NCBI GenBank assembly: GCA_904063045.1 | Contig: CAJFCJ010000016.1 | Location: 186,001-250,000, forward strand | From: Dimorphilus gyrociliatus | Taxonomy: Eukaryota > Animalia > Annelida | Direction: 5' to 3' | DNA length: 64,000 nt | Shown here: positions 40,753 to 58,500 of the stretch, one piece after another | How positions within the stretch are numbered: position 1 is the stretch's first letter | Layout: each line of letters starts with the position of its first letter | Made by a program: the position numbers and the translations under genes | Notes under the pieces: model-generated | What the model saw: the letters and a program-made list of their open reading frames with translations, nothing else | The model's database searches: none | Told to the model about the DNA's origin: nothing

Positions 40753-42807
40753 ATGATTAGAAAAGGCGTCTACTCTCTGTTACAATTTCTTTTACTTTAT
40801 ATTCATTTTACTCAGTCAATTGAAAGATTAAAGGTCTTTATTAACACAACATCACCTTTAAATGAGCTAGACGATACCTACCTCAGCATAGGACTAGATA
40901 CTGGTGTTGCTTCTCGTCATTGGAACAAAGGAAAATTTGATTTTCGGTAAAACTGAATACGTATATAATGATTTGAACCTATAGTTAAGAATTGTTTTTG
41001 AAATATAGTTCAAAAAAACTACTTGACCTCTGTCAAGCATTATCTCCTGCCACTCTAAGATTTGGCGGGAATGCGGCAGATACGCTTTTATTCGAACCTA
41101 ATTCTTTTATGAAAAGCGTGAAAAATTTCAATTTTTCAGGTAAAATTATCTGAACTTTTTGTTAAATATGATTTATTTACTACGGAATTGAATTTATTAA
41201 TAAAATAATAGGTGAAGACTTAACTAAACTGCATACATTTACCACTAAAGTTGGCTGGAAATTGATGTTTGATTTGAATGTTTTAATTCGAAATCATTCA
41301 AAATGGGATGATACAAATACAAAGAAAATGTTAGATTTTATGATAAAAAATCACCAATTCCAACATTTTGACTTTCAATTAGGAAATGGTTGATAAAAAA
41401 AACCTTTACATAATTGAAATATTATCTTGATTAATCTGTTTTTCTTTCATTTTTTCTTATCAGAACCAAATGCCTTTAAACATACGTTTAACATAAGTTT
41501 ATCTCCAGAAGAGTTAGCGAATGATTACTTAAATTTAATTTCTGTACTTCGATCGCCAATTTATAGTAAATATTTTGATAAAAGTTTAATTGTTGGACCG
41601 GAAATTACTCAACCAAAGAACATTCGTGTTTTATCCTATTTGAAAAGGTAATGTTTACTATTTCACTTTCAAATTTTACAGCTCTACAAATTACTTTAGA
41701 TTTCTTGTGTCATTCAAGATGAATTATCCATTAAATGCAGTGACATTCCATCAGTATGTTACTATTTATACTAGAAATTCTATATAAGTATAATACAGTT
41801 GTTTTCTGAAGTTATTATCTTAATGGAAGAGAAGCAAAAATGGAAGATTTTCTAAATGAAACAGTTATGAACAAATTAGAGGAAGAGATAAATAATGTAA
41901 AAGTTCTATTAAGAGATTTAAATATTCATAAACCAATATGGATAACGGAAACGTCTTCTGCTTACGGTGGAGGAGCTCCTGGATTATCGGATTCATTTAT
42001 TGCCGGATTTTTGTAAGATTTCAATGAAAGATTAATTTTTCTATCATAAGAGATAATTCTATTTATAAATATTCTATAAATAGATGGATGGAAAAATTAG
42101 GTATGGCGGCAAAGCTGGGAGTAAAAAAACTTTTTCGACAAGCAATATACGGTGGTAACTATGCCTTATTGGATAAGAAACTCAATCCACTTCCCGTACG
42201 TTTTATAACATCGTTTTGTCAGTATAGTTTCCAAAAAATGACTTAATATATAACTCTTCCTTTCTAGGATTATTGGTTAACCTTGCTATTTAAGCGTCTG
42301 GTTGGGAGAAAAGTGTTTAATGTTAAATTAAACAATGAAGATGGCGTTAGAGCTTATTGCCACTGTTCCAACAAGTATTTATCTTTAACTCTATAAATTT
42401 TTTAAGATGTAAAACATAAAAAATTCTTTTCTAATAAATCTTGTAGATTTGCTCAAAGAAATTCCTTAACGCTCTTTGTGCAAAATATGAAGAATTGTTC
42501 TGTTCTATTAAGTGCGGAGTATAGTTATGGAACATTCCAGCCTGAAATATCAGTATATTCCTTAACGGGGCACGGTCCTGATGGACTGTTATCCAAGTTT
42601 GTTTTAAAGTAAACATTTTGGCAATTGATGTATGAAATATGCTAAATTATTTTTAACAGAAACGTCAATTTAAATGGAGTTAAGTTGGCTTTACTACAAA
42701 ATCGATTACCTAAACTGCAACCAACTATTTCTAGATCTCCTATTACACTACCTCCATATTCATTTACATTTTTACTACTTCAAATGGATACTAGACACAT
42801 ATGTTAA
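40753..42807 (+). CDS. HPSE: Heparanase-family (GH79) glycosidase, tandem copy 1
   Basis: Signal peptide, LSPATLRFGG, acid/base QLGNE|P, nucleophile WITETSSAYGGGAPGLSD, NPLP|DYW, AYCHCS, LPPYS. Stop is at 42805-42807. Confidence 0.92.
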
Positions 42808-42957
42808 TTATTGATCATTGACCAAGGGGCGTTAAAACATCTTATCTGTTAACTTTCTTAACAAGCAGGCTAAAGCATTAATTTTCAAGTTGTTTAGGCC
42901 TATAAATCTCATATGGCTTTTTTTATATAATACAGACTGTAAATAGAGATTGGTACA

Positions 42958-44802
42958 ATGCTACTAAAATTATTTTTTACCTGTTTTGTCGCTACTACAA
43001 CAGGAAATGTTTTAAACGTGTTAGTGGATACTAATAGCGTTGTTAATAGAATAGACGATACATTTCTAAGCGTTAATATAGACGGTGGAGCAGCAACAAC
43101 AGATTGGTATTCGGGAGTTATACAATTTAGGTAACAAGGCAATGAATAATCAGTTTAGAACCTCTTTTCACAATAATAAAAACTATTGTTATTTCTCAAA
43201 TAGCTCGAAGAAATTTCAACAATTATGCAAGAATTTGGCTCCTGCATCTTTTCGATTCGGCGGAACGACAGCTGATTATCTAAATTATGGCGATTATCCG
43301 GAAACGCCGTACTCTTCAAAGAATTTTACGATTCTTGATTATGATACATTGTATGATTTTACTAAACTGGTTGGGTGGAAATTGATATTTGGCGTCAACG
43401 CGTTAACAAGAACTTCAGACGGAAGGTGGGATTCTTTAAATACTAAGACATTATTAGATTACATAAAATCTAGTAATAAAAACGATTTGGATTTTGAATT
43501 AGGAAACGGTTTGATAATTTAAATTTGTCTTTAAAAAACGAATAATTAGATATTTGAAGATGTAAATGAATATTTTCAGAGCCGGACGTTTTTCCTCCTC
43601 ATCTAAACATTACCGGAGCCAGATTAGCGAAAGATTTAGCCGTGTTTTACAGACTTATACATTCGTCAAGATATGGTAATTATTTTAAAGGAAGTAAATT
43701 ATATTCACCCGACGTTACTGGACCCTGGATCAGTCCTAATAAATACTTAAAAGAGTATGACAATATGAACATACTGTGGGAAAACATTCTAACATTTATG
43801 CAATTTTTTGTTGTAGGTACCTTTCGAATATACCAGTTGGAACGAAACTGGATGCGATAACAATACATCAGTAAGTTAGTATTCTTATTAAATAAATAAA
43901 TTATAATAAATATTGGTATAGCTATTATTTGGACGGACGAATAGCGAAATTGGACGATTTCTTGAAGATAGACACGTACGATAGGTTAACGAGAGGATTA
44001 CTTGACACATTACGGGTATTGAAGGAAACAGGCTATGAAGATACTCCCTTGTGGCTGGGTGAAACTTCAAGTGCTTTTAGTGGTGGAGCACCTGGTTTAT
44101 CTGATGTTTATGTAGCCTCATTTTTCTGGCTAGACAAACTTGGCGTTGCTGCTAAATTGGGTTTAAAGAAGGTGGCGAGACAGCAAATGCTAGGTGGCCA
44201 TTACAGTTTGTTCGATCAGCAAATGAATCCGAATATTGTAAGTCAATTTTCCTCCATCCCCATTTAGAATAATTGTAAATTTGCTTAATTTCTTATATTG
44301 TTGTAACTTATAATTAATTCTACAGGATTATTGGACTTCTGTTTTATATAAAAGATTAGTTGGTAGTGCTGTTTTTAACACTTCAACTGTACCATCGAAA
44401 CCAGGAATTAGGGCTTATAGTCATTGCTCGTCGAAAAAGTAAATTTGCTATTCTCTTAATTATAGCATTCAGTTAAAGTAAAGATATTTCTTTGCTTATT
44501 TTTTCTTCAGATATTGGAACTTTCCTCAGGGCTCTTTAACATTCTACGCGGTTAATATAAATAATGAACCGAGCCATATACATTTTGGAACAGAATCGAA
44601 AGAAATGCTAGTTTTCCAACTGACCTCTGCTAGTGATCTTAAATCGAAGTACGCAAAATTAAATGGAAAAATATTGAAATATGATGGAAAGATGCCCGAT
44701 TTAAAACCAGAGTTAATATATGACTCGACTATTATTCTACCTCCGTATTCGTTGACTTTTTCAGTATTACCTGGTGCAAATATTGATGCTTGCAAGACTT
44801 AA
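42958..44802 (+). CDS. HPSE: Heparanase-family (GH79) glycosidase, tandem copy 2
   Basis: Signal peptide MLLKLFFTCFVATTTG, LAPASFRFGGT, ELGNE|P, WLGETSSAFSGGAPGLSD, WLDKLG, DYW, LPPYS. Confidence 0.92.
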
Positions 44803-45044
44803 TTTCGTGTTTTGAAAACGGAGAGAGAGGATATGCATATTAGTAGTTTTAGATTCATTCTTTTGATTGATATTTGAAATTGGTACTCAATATTCTTTGA
44901 AGCTGTAATGATTTTAATCCGAGAGAAATAATAAAATTTGTATAAGCAAATGCTATTAATCTGTTGAAACCTTAAAAATAAACATAATTAGAGTGAATTA
45001 GTTGGCCTTATTCGATTTCTAAATTAAATTTAAAAAGGGAAACA

Positions 45045-45082
45045 GATGGCGCTTGGGTCCACCGGATGTTGTCCTGACGTCA
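45045..45082. promoter_or_regulatory. CDK8 proximal promoter motifs (YY1-like AGATGGCG and CRE TGACGTCA)
   Basis: Motifs are seen directly about 100-130 bp upstream of the ATG; TGACGTCA is at 45075-45082. Function is inferred. Confidence 0.4.
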
Positions 45083-45177
45083 CAGTTTTGCGCTCTTCCT
45101 TTAATCTCTCTATTAAAAAATAGGACATTTATATTAGCCTTCTTATTAATTTCATTTGATGAGAGTATTTAGAGAGC

Positions 45178-48726
<3,549 letters not shown>

Positions 48727-49393
48727 AGAACTGATTGCTTATGTATTTTTATAAACAAAATCTCATAAAAGAAACTCTCTGTCTCAATACATTTATGTAT
48801 ATATAGACATTTCAGAGATTAATGAACAATTGCATTGTTAACTTTAAAAAAAGAGTAGAACTGTTAAATGAAGAAAAAAAAAAAGTAAAATTTCTTTTCT
48901 TTTATTCTTTAACCCTTGTAAAAGTCATTATATTGATTATATAATGTAATATTTTTTATCTTGTACGATGATAAAACAAGAAGAATGTGAGAAAAGAGAA
49001 TAGAACAAAATCACAGACAACATATGGCTCCAAATATTTCTCTTTTTATCTTAATACAAAAAAATAAAGAAAAATAAACTGGTATTAATAAAAATTAAAG
49101 TACAGTTTGTTATTTTTTTTTCTTTATCAAGGGTAAAGTTAAAAAATAAACAAAAAAAAAACAAACAGAAATGAAAAGTATCCTCGCTAAAGTGTTATCG
49201 TTTCTTTATCTCTTCTTTTTTTTCTTTTTTAATAAGCGTTCCCTAATAATGAGCACCGAATTTTAACTGAAAAAAAAATTCCAGACACCAAATGACTAGA
49301 AAGTTTGCAGTTTATATTATTTTTTGTTTTTTTTTTGTCTTTAATGTTTTCTCGTTTTTTAAGTCAATTTCGAAAAAAAACTTGATTCAATTT

Positions 49394-52300
49394 TCACTTC
49401 ATAAGCCATGCGATAATCACCTGAGAGAGAGAAAGAGAAAAAAAAGAAAGGTTTTAATGTTTTAATTAGTAAAAACAAAATAGACATAAAAACTCGTTCG
49501 GTTGACGTATATACTCGTTTAATACTTACTTGAGAGATGAGGAGAGCAGCTATAATGAAGAGTGTATTATCGTTATCTTGTCGTCTAGCTATAGCTTGTA
49601 CGCTGTTATTTATATTTGTCAGCCTTTCTGATATGTTTTGATGAGATTTTATAACGGGTTCTAACGCTTTGTTTATTGCCTTTGAGATTGGTTGTCTTTT
49701 TTTATCGTTATCGACTGTACTATCGGTTAACATGTCGCTAGAACCACTCTGAACGTTTCTCTTATCGTCATCCACTCGAGCAATCGATAATGTTCTCACC
49801 ATTCTGGTTCTATGCTTCGTTTTAGTCTGGATCTTGAAATTACTTTCAAATTGGACAACGTCGTTAAGGCGGTCCCAGGGTCTTAAATCGGCATATTTAT
49901 AAATCCACTCTTGGCTTATACAATCCTTTTCAAATAGTTTTGGCACCCAAGCAATGTTCTTTGCTTTTCTTTCTTTAGCATGTCTTCTTTGCTCCTCTTC
50001 CAAAACCGTCTTTTCCCTAGTTGCACCATTTTGATCACCGTTTTGTATAGCTTCTGAAACGAGACGCCAGAGACGTTCACTCTCCATGTCGCTTTGACTC
50101 TCAACCGGTACAGTAAAGCGCTTTAACCTCTTACTTTTAATTTCGGGAGTTGGACTCCAGAAAAGAGACTGCTCATTGCTCGACTTTTCTTTTATGAAAA
50201 TTTCATCATCCCAATGACCTTCGATGCATGCCAGTGCCTCGTGACCAAATTTTACCTTACCCACTATTCTATTAGACGCTTCACCACTTCCCAAGAAAGG
50301 TTTTAATTTGAACTCAATTTCAGCTTTGTAACCGGTTTTTTCGCAGGCTATTGAAACCTTGCCTCCCATTTCCATCGTCAAAGTACCAATTAAAATACCT
50401 TTGCAGTGAGCATAAGGCATCGTTATAACATATTCCTCGCCTCTCTTAAGCAGAGTAAGTCGTGCAGCTCCATCTAATATTGCTGATAGAGAATTGCCGT
50501 AAAATTTGCTCTTTGCCAAAATAGAGCCGGATATGGCAAAGCCTTCCCTCCTATTTGTTACGTAGAAAGCGGAAACAGGAGGATGATGGGATATCTGTTC
50601 AGCGACGTAGAAAGTTTTCGAATTGGTCTTTGTATGATGCCAATAGCAACGGAACGTCTCTCCAAGTATAGGATTGTAGGGTTTCTTCAAGCCCTTGGGT
50701 TTCTTATAGAAACCTGACAAGTACCACTTAACGACAGCTTTAATACGACCATAAGCGTCTTCTTCGTGCACCGCTTCGCTTAATAAATCAGAATGGTAAT
50801 AATAATCGGATAATTTATCTAGAAATGAACGCGTTTCGAGTATGAAAGTCGGCAAGACGACCTTTGATAAATCCATTCCAGGTCGGACTTGCTTAACAAG
50901 AGACCAAATCAAGCTTTTATTTTCCTCTTCAACTTCCTCTGTCTGACAAGCGTCACCTTGTTGCCCTAGTTCCTCAGTAGCATTTTCCGAATATTGTGTT
51001 TCTACAGCCTCCGGTATACTTTCTTCAAGATCTTCATCTGAATGATCAGACTCGGAGTAATCAAAAGGAACATCCTCCCTAAATAATAAAGGGAGCAGTT
51101 AATAAAGAAAACAGTCCAAAACAGTTCAAGCTATACATCTCTAATTTAGTAATTTAGATACAATGCATATTTAAGTATAGCAACGCCATCTACGATTAAA
51201 ATATTTATCATTAAACAAGCTGCAAATATACATGGTAAATATATATATAGTATATATATTGTATATATGTATATAGACATTCTTACTTGACACAGCTTTA
51301 GTATAATGTTTAAGTTATTAAAGACTTAAATATAACAGATTTTAGAAGATGATTATAAATCGTTAGTAGAGTTCTCTGGCAGGTACAATAACCGGAAATA
51401 AAAAGAAAATATTCTTTATGATTTCAGTATGATTCTTTAAAAATTCTACTAATTATTCAATCTTAAAGTTCAGTACACACCCCTATTAGTTATATAACAT
51501 TATATTATATACAGTATAAGATATATATATAGGTAGTATATAGGTGAATAGGCTAAAGGAATAAATGAACCGATAGATGCAGTGCCTTTTTTGTATGTAA
51601 CAAATATTTCATCTTTAATACTAGTTTTTCTATTCTCTTATTTAATAGATTGTTTCATATTATCTCACTGTCATTGAATTGTTAAGGGCTTAATACAAGA
51701 GGCTCTTCCATCCGTTTACAATAATCTTTTCTTTTTTGTATCATTACCTATTTTTTAGCTGATGATTTCCCCTTCCCTATCCTAACAGTTAAGTGCTATC
51801 CTTCCTTCTATATATCGTTTATTTATATACTGTACATACTGTATATTATATATCAATGACGCATTGTTACCCTAAATTGTATTATGAATAATGAGAAAAA
51901 AAGGGAGAAAAGTACAACTACAATAAGAGAGAGAGAGAGAGAGAGAAGGAACTTGTTAATGATAAAAATTAGCATTTAGTTATTGTTCATACTTAAAAAA
52001 AATTAATTCTACAAAGGCTAAAATAAAGGAGAAGTAAGATAAAATAAAGCATTCTGCTATTCTTATCGATAACGAGAACGCCCTTTATTAAATGAACATA
52101 CTGTACTGTTTTATAAATACGTGAATATTTTAGATGATAGGCTTAGCGTTAGAAATTATTTAACGAACTCTGCAAAACGTTTGGGATTAAGAAATAGATC
52201 GAATGTTTCACGAAGGGGAAGGTAATAAATTTACTCAGGAATGGGATAAGAGAAAGGTATAATAGAATGGCTGAGAGAGAGGGAGGGATGTACACCCATG

Positions 52301-52552
52301 TATATATATATATAAATATATATCTGTAGTTACATTGAGTAAACATCATAAGTAATTTGAGTAATTCAAGCCTGTGTTAAAATGAAGAATGCTTATACAA
52401 AATGTTATTTGCTCTCCTATTCATTGTTTTAATAGTTTTCTATGTTTCATAAGAAATTTACATATAATATATATATATCTATATATATATATACATAGCA
52501 ATCTAGATATTATATCTTATTTATGTGAAAATACAATATTTAATAGATAGAT

Positions 52553-52587
<35 letters not shown>

Positions 52588-55500
52588 AAGGGAGGGCGGG
52601 GGGTGGGGGTGGGGTAATAGAAGAAAGAAGAGAGGGTGGGAGAACTTGATGAAAAACATATAAAGACATTTTTGTTGTTAAAAGTGAAAAGTTAAATTAT
52701 ATTTGTTTCTTTTAAATATATAACCATTATTTAGTATAGCTCGGTTATTTTTTACTTAACGATGCGTCGAAAAGAATTATTTTATCGAGAAAAATCGATA
52801 AAAGAGCACAACCAGTCGTATAAAAAAAGTGGGAGAGGGGAGGGGGGAGAGGGAGCAGGGGGGGGAAAAAAAAAGAAAAGCCTCTTTTTTCTCTTTTTTT
52901 TTTTTTGCTACAGGCCTATTTTGCGGTACTATTACATCTTTGTTTTTAATAATGCGGAGAAAGGATGCTAGATGAATATGACAAACCGCTTACCTATCTG
53001 TCTTTGATTCATCTTCTTCCAGACCGTCAAAGTGCTTTTCGCAATCGCTTTCGTTCAATTCGTATTTGGGTCCATTTTCCTCTGGCGTAGGAGGGGGTGT
53101 ACTGGGTGGAGCAGCATCCTTTGTCATACTTCTAACTAATAGAGAAGAGCATCTGAGCGCTAATTCTAGAGCATCCATCCAACATTTTCCGGCTGGCTCG
53201 GAAGGCGCTCTAAAGATCAGGTAGGAATACGGTAAGGGTTGTGTTAGGGCTCCTAGCGTTTCACCCTTTGGTCCTTTTTGTGCCCAAATCGATTGATCCA
53301 AAGGGTGAAAAAGCTTAAAACAAAAACCATCCTTTTTCGAAGGTCTTTCGATTAATTCGCATGTACTTAAGAGTATAGTTCCTACCCAATGACCGCTCTT
53401 TTGCTTGTAACTCTTAGATAAGACAAGTAATCCAGGTTTCAAAGTACAATAGAGTTTTGTCCATGATTTCAGAGTTCCACGAACCTTTAACCAATCATGC
53501 ATAACTATAACTGAGGGGTCTTTCAAAGTTGAAATCAATTCTTTTGCAACTCTTTTCTTCTCTATCCGATAGTTTCGTTTTTGATCTTTGTATGTATCTC
53601 GTTTCGATGGTTTTGTCCATGTTCCTGATACATTTCCAGACAGTTTTGTTTCAGAGTGACTTCGTTGTTGTGTATTAAAAGTTCCTACTTCTTCGGTCTG
53701 AACCCCTGTTGTTGAAATATTCGTTTTAAACGATTTAAAAGGAAATGATTCAATATAGATATGTATATCTAGTTTATACAATATACAAATAATCTGTGTA
53801 CATATTCAATGGTTTTTATGCATTTATCATAAATTAACCCTATCAAAGTATTTATTTGCTGCAAATTAGATCCGAATTTTAATACGTAATAGTTGATTTA
53901 ACAATAATAGTATTCTATTCCGTTCATTTATCTTAATTTTTAGACAAAAACACAACTTATAAAATACTAATAAACCAAAGTTCAATCATGTGATTTAAAA
54001 GGACCTATGTGGTGCTAAATTACAACTTATAAGCCCACTTGTAAGCTAAATACAAACTTTAAGCAACTTATATATATTAGTATATAGATATATACATTAT
54101 ATAGAGAGAGACAGATAGAGAAAAAGGGTAGACACATACTAACAGACAGACAGATTGCGAGCCAGACAGACAGTCTTAATAGAACGAGGAATATTTTTAT
54201 CATGGGTGACATTGTCCAGTTTATCTTGATCATTATTTTGATATATCTATCTGTTTAGGATGAAAATAAACTTACTACAACCAGAATGGAGGAAAGTTAA
54301 TGGTGTTGTTCTACTTCTTCGTAAGACTGCCTCCGAATTCAATTTTAATAATGAATCTCTTAATTTGTTGCATTCTTTCTCACTGGATAGACTTTTACCT
54401 CTATGAGACTGCATAATTTTTGACAAACACACAGTAACAGATGCATATTATTATTGTTCAAATTGCAAACGAATCTGTTACATCCTAGGCCTAGGCTATC
54501 CATCAGTGGTACAGGTGGCGTTTTGATAAGAACAATAAGATATAAATTGCCGTCTTATCAACCGTGTAGAAGAACAATAGACGAAAAATGAATGAGGTAG
54601 GTGGAAAAGATTGTTTTACCTGACATAACGTATTGAGACAAGACTATAATTTCTTCTTAGGCGTTATATATCCGTTTAGTCATTAGAAAGATGTATTTTG
54701 TAAACATTAATCAAAAAATGAATGTTCTTCTTAGCGAAGGCTATAATCTCGTTTATTTTGTGATCCTAGCCATTCCAGAACGGCGATCGCACGTCTACTA
54801 ACTATATCCGGATCGTTACAAACAACTACGGTAGCGCCATCTTACGCTTTGATCAAGACTTAAAAGTCTGATTTATAAAAGGCTATTAATTGTGGCAAGG
54901 TCGAAAATGAGAAAACAATGGAAAGGTAAAAGTCCTTAGAGTAAAGACGTAAAACCAAATTCAAATTATCCAATATTAATCACATGATGGCGCTCAAAAG
55001 AAGAAAATCCTTCTTATATTTGACATTGAACTAACCCACATGCCATTATATCACGTGATCGCCCCACAAGTCACGTGGTTTCTTTCGGTTTGTCTTGATC
55101 AATAATTATAGAGTCAACCAATGTTGCAAGTGAAAAATGCAAAACCCTCTCCATCCCTGGATAACACTACAAAGACGAAACAAATACAATACATAATATA
55201 GATTTGTTAAAAACGCTTAAATTATACATATAGATAGACCATATTGATAAATTATGATAAAGTTAAGAAAAAGAAGAGAAAGGCACGTTATATTTGCCTA
55301 ATAACCATAGCATCAATCTCTAAAACTTGGGACAATTTAATACTTTTTCTCCGTGCAATTTTATCAATATAATATAACAGTTATAAGCGTAAATCTAACA
55401 AACCTTCGTAGCTTTCATTTTGACTTATTTGTGAATGAATTGGTGAATTAGTTGACATGTCAATACTCATAGTTGATGTTCGATCTTGCTGAGAGGCTAT

Positions 55501-58500
55501 TAAAAGAAATAAATTAATAATTATATAATAAGATCAATGTGTATAATATGTTCAAGTATATTGAAAACTATATATTCTGTTCATCAATAATTATAAAGCC
55601 TTTTTTAGCATATAAAAAAAAAAGCTTAATAAAATGAAATATAATCACTTTTTACTTGGCTTTAAGTAAAAACAAACAAAATTTCAAACGATTAGAGAAA
55701 GAAAAGGAGGAGAGGAAAGTGAGGTAGAAAACACACAAACAAACAAACTAACAGACAGATATACACACTTATATTTTGATATTTAATAATTATGTTAAAT
55801 GAAAAATTAAATCATTCGTTATCGATAAATAATTGGAAAAAATATATGATCTCTCTTTATCGATCAATTATCTCAACAGAAAAAAAATTATTATTAATAA
55901 CTAATTATAAGAATAAATCTTTTAGAGCCAACTCAAACGAAATTGAGCAAGAAGATAAGGATGAGGATGAGAGGAAGGAGGGGTAGGGGAAAAAAAATCA
56001 GTACACTCAATTTCTCCTTTCAGTTTTAAATTAAAACCATTTTAGTAATAATTAAAAGAAAAAAAAATCAGAATAATAAAAAAAGAAAGAAACCATTAAT
56101 GGCAAAAAGAGAGAAAATCGGCAAAAAAAAAAAAAAAAAGAGGTCTACTTGTCTACTTTGTAAAAGAAAGAGAAAACTATTTTCTTTTTTTTTATAAAAA
56201 GAAAACAAACAAAAAATTATTTCCTCCTTTTTTTTTAATTCTTCTTTAAAATAAATAAATAAATTAAAAAAACTAATTAATTAATAAATAAATTAATTAA
56301 TGTTCTGTTGTTTTTTTTTTTACTCTTTGTTTCTTTTCTTTTAAAGAGGCGAAAAATTTAGAAAAAAGAAACATAATTTTCTCTTTTCTTTCTTCTTGAC
56401 TCACTACTATCCGTATCACTGGCTAGTGCAGACAAGCACGACAAATTTTGAATAAACTCTCTATTCAAAGAAGGACATTTCTCTTTCGAGAATTGTGAAT
56501 CTTCTTTCATTAAATCTTCTTTCATTAAATCTTCTTTCATTAAATCTTCTTTTTCAGCTATGGAACACTTTGACTTAGTATGCTCATGTATGCTTTAAAA
56601 CACTATATCAGCATTCTATACAAAGATTTTTTGATATATACATATTCAAGTGAATAGCTAACCCTATTGTTCTTGTTAAAGATACTAGTTTTACAGGGAA
56701 AAAAACAACCACATCGTTCGATAAGGAAGATGATAAATAAGAGATAAATCTCACCAATTACGGGGTGCGTCCGTCTAGATATTCTTCTCATTGATATTTT
56801 ATTGTTAGTTCATAACAGGCAATAATACAACTGATGGCCAAAGTAGTATTAAAAAGGGCGCTTTTTTAAAAATATAAGCCTGATATCCCTTTTAATAAAA
56901 AAAAAATGCGTGCTCTTATATATACTAATATATATATATACAGTATAAAGATTTATATAGGCTATATGTAAGTTTGATGATTCACTATTAAAAAAAAAAT
57001 CCCTCGAGGGAACATGCACGAATAGAAAAGAAATAAAAAATCGTTATTACAACATATGTGTTTTAAACATCATATCTGAGAAAAACATTTCTTCTATATA
57101 TATATATTAAAATATACTTCCCAAACACGCAAAATTAACAAACGAACAAACAACATCTAAAATATAGGACAAACGAAATAAAATAAAACAATAATTGAAA
57201 ATAGAGAGAAAAAAAAAACTAGTAAAAATTGAGATAATTCAATTTGCAGTTGCATTAAATAGATTCTTAAATATTTTATAAAGAAATACCATAATTTCTC
57301 TCATTTCATTCTTATTCTATCATTCTAAATATGGAGATGTTAAAGGGGTATTGGGAGGATTTTTAATTGGGATTATAAAATTCTTAATAGTTATTTAAGC
57401 AAGTAATAAATAGAATTATTTAATCAAATTGGGTTTTTTCTTTTATTGTTTTGTTTAAGTGAATATGTATCTATATATATATATTACTAATACATACTCT
57501 TATCTTGTATAAAACTATTTATTACGTATCTAGATCAAATATCAATTTAATATATAAAAGTTCGAAAGATATTAACGGGTTAACAACGCCCCTATCTCTA
57601 ATATACTTAAAAAACAAAAATTTTTTGATATAAGCCTAGTTTTAGTCCTATTTCGTCAGATCAATCTATAGGAAATGAAATCCTCGACTCCAGTTTAAAT
57701 CAATTAATAGTGAATTATTTGAAATATAATGTTAAGGTTTTACGAATAAGTATACACTAGTTACTATACATGTACTTTTATAGATTTATGCAATATGCAT
57801 ACTATTTATTATTCGGTAATTTTCGTACATACAAACCTTTTATTTACATACCAATTAAGTCGTATATTATAAATTGTATATATGATTTTAAACCCGTAAG
57901 TACTTAATGAGGATAATTGAGGGAAAGTGACAATGATAAACCTATTAGATGACTTAGAGTACTTTGATAAACTGTAATTTTTAATATTTGTATGATTTCT
58001 ATCTCTTTCTCGTGTATTGTATATATATATATATATAATTCTTATTGTTTGATTAGTTTTTACGAGAAAATTATACTGAATTATCCATCGGGTATTGAGC
58101 GATCACAAGGCTAAAGGCTGTTTTAATATAGTCTAGACATCTTAATTTATTATTCAATGTTGATCTGTGAAAAAGAATTTGGATCGTGTTTGGACGGATT
58201 ATTACAACAAAAACACCAGACGGAGCCATAGAGAGAGAAGATTCTTTTCTCCCAATTGTAAACGATATTGTATAAATTATTGCCCAAAACTACTAACTTC
58301 CGTATATGCTTATTTAAAATACCAACCTTGTAGTAATTCTGTCATATCCTTATCGAATGTAGAATTATCGTCTTTAATTATCTGCATATAAGGACATGTA
58401 ACATTTATAAGAAAGTGATAAATGAAAGAGTACTATTCTGAAAGAGTTAGCTATTTCTTAGGAAAGCTATGTTAATTATATTGACTAATTGGAAAGCAAG

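Noticed and set aside
52149-52971. ORFs 52149-52349 and 52762-52971 in the ORP5/8 intron
   Set aside because: They derive from microsatellites and homopolymer G, A and T runs.
58167-58391. Plus-strand Cys-containing ORF, and a minus-strand continuation (VLGNNLY...WCFCC) via a 37-nt intron
   Set aside because: The plus ORF has a non-ATG start and overlaps a better-supported minus exon. The 37-nt intron is well below local sizes, so splicing to 56557 is preferred.
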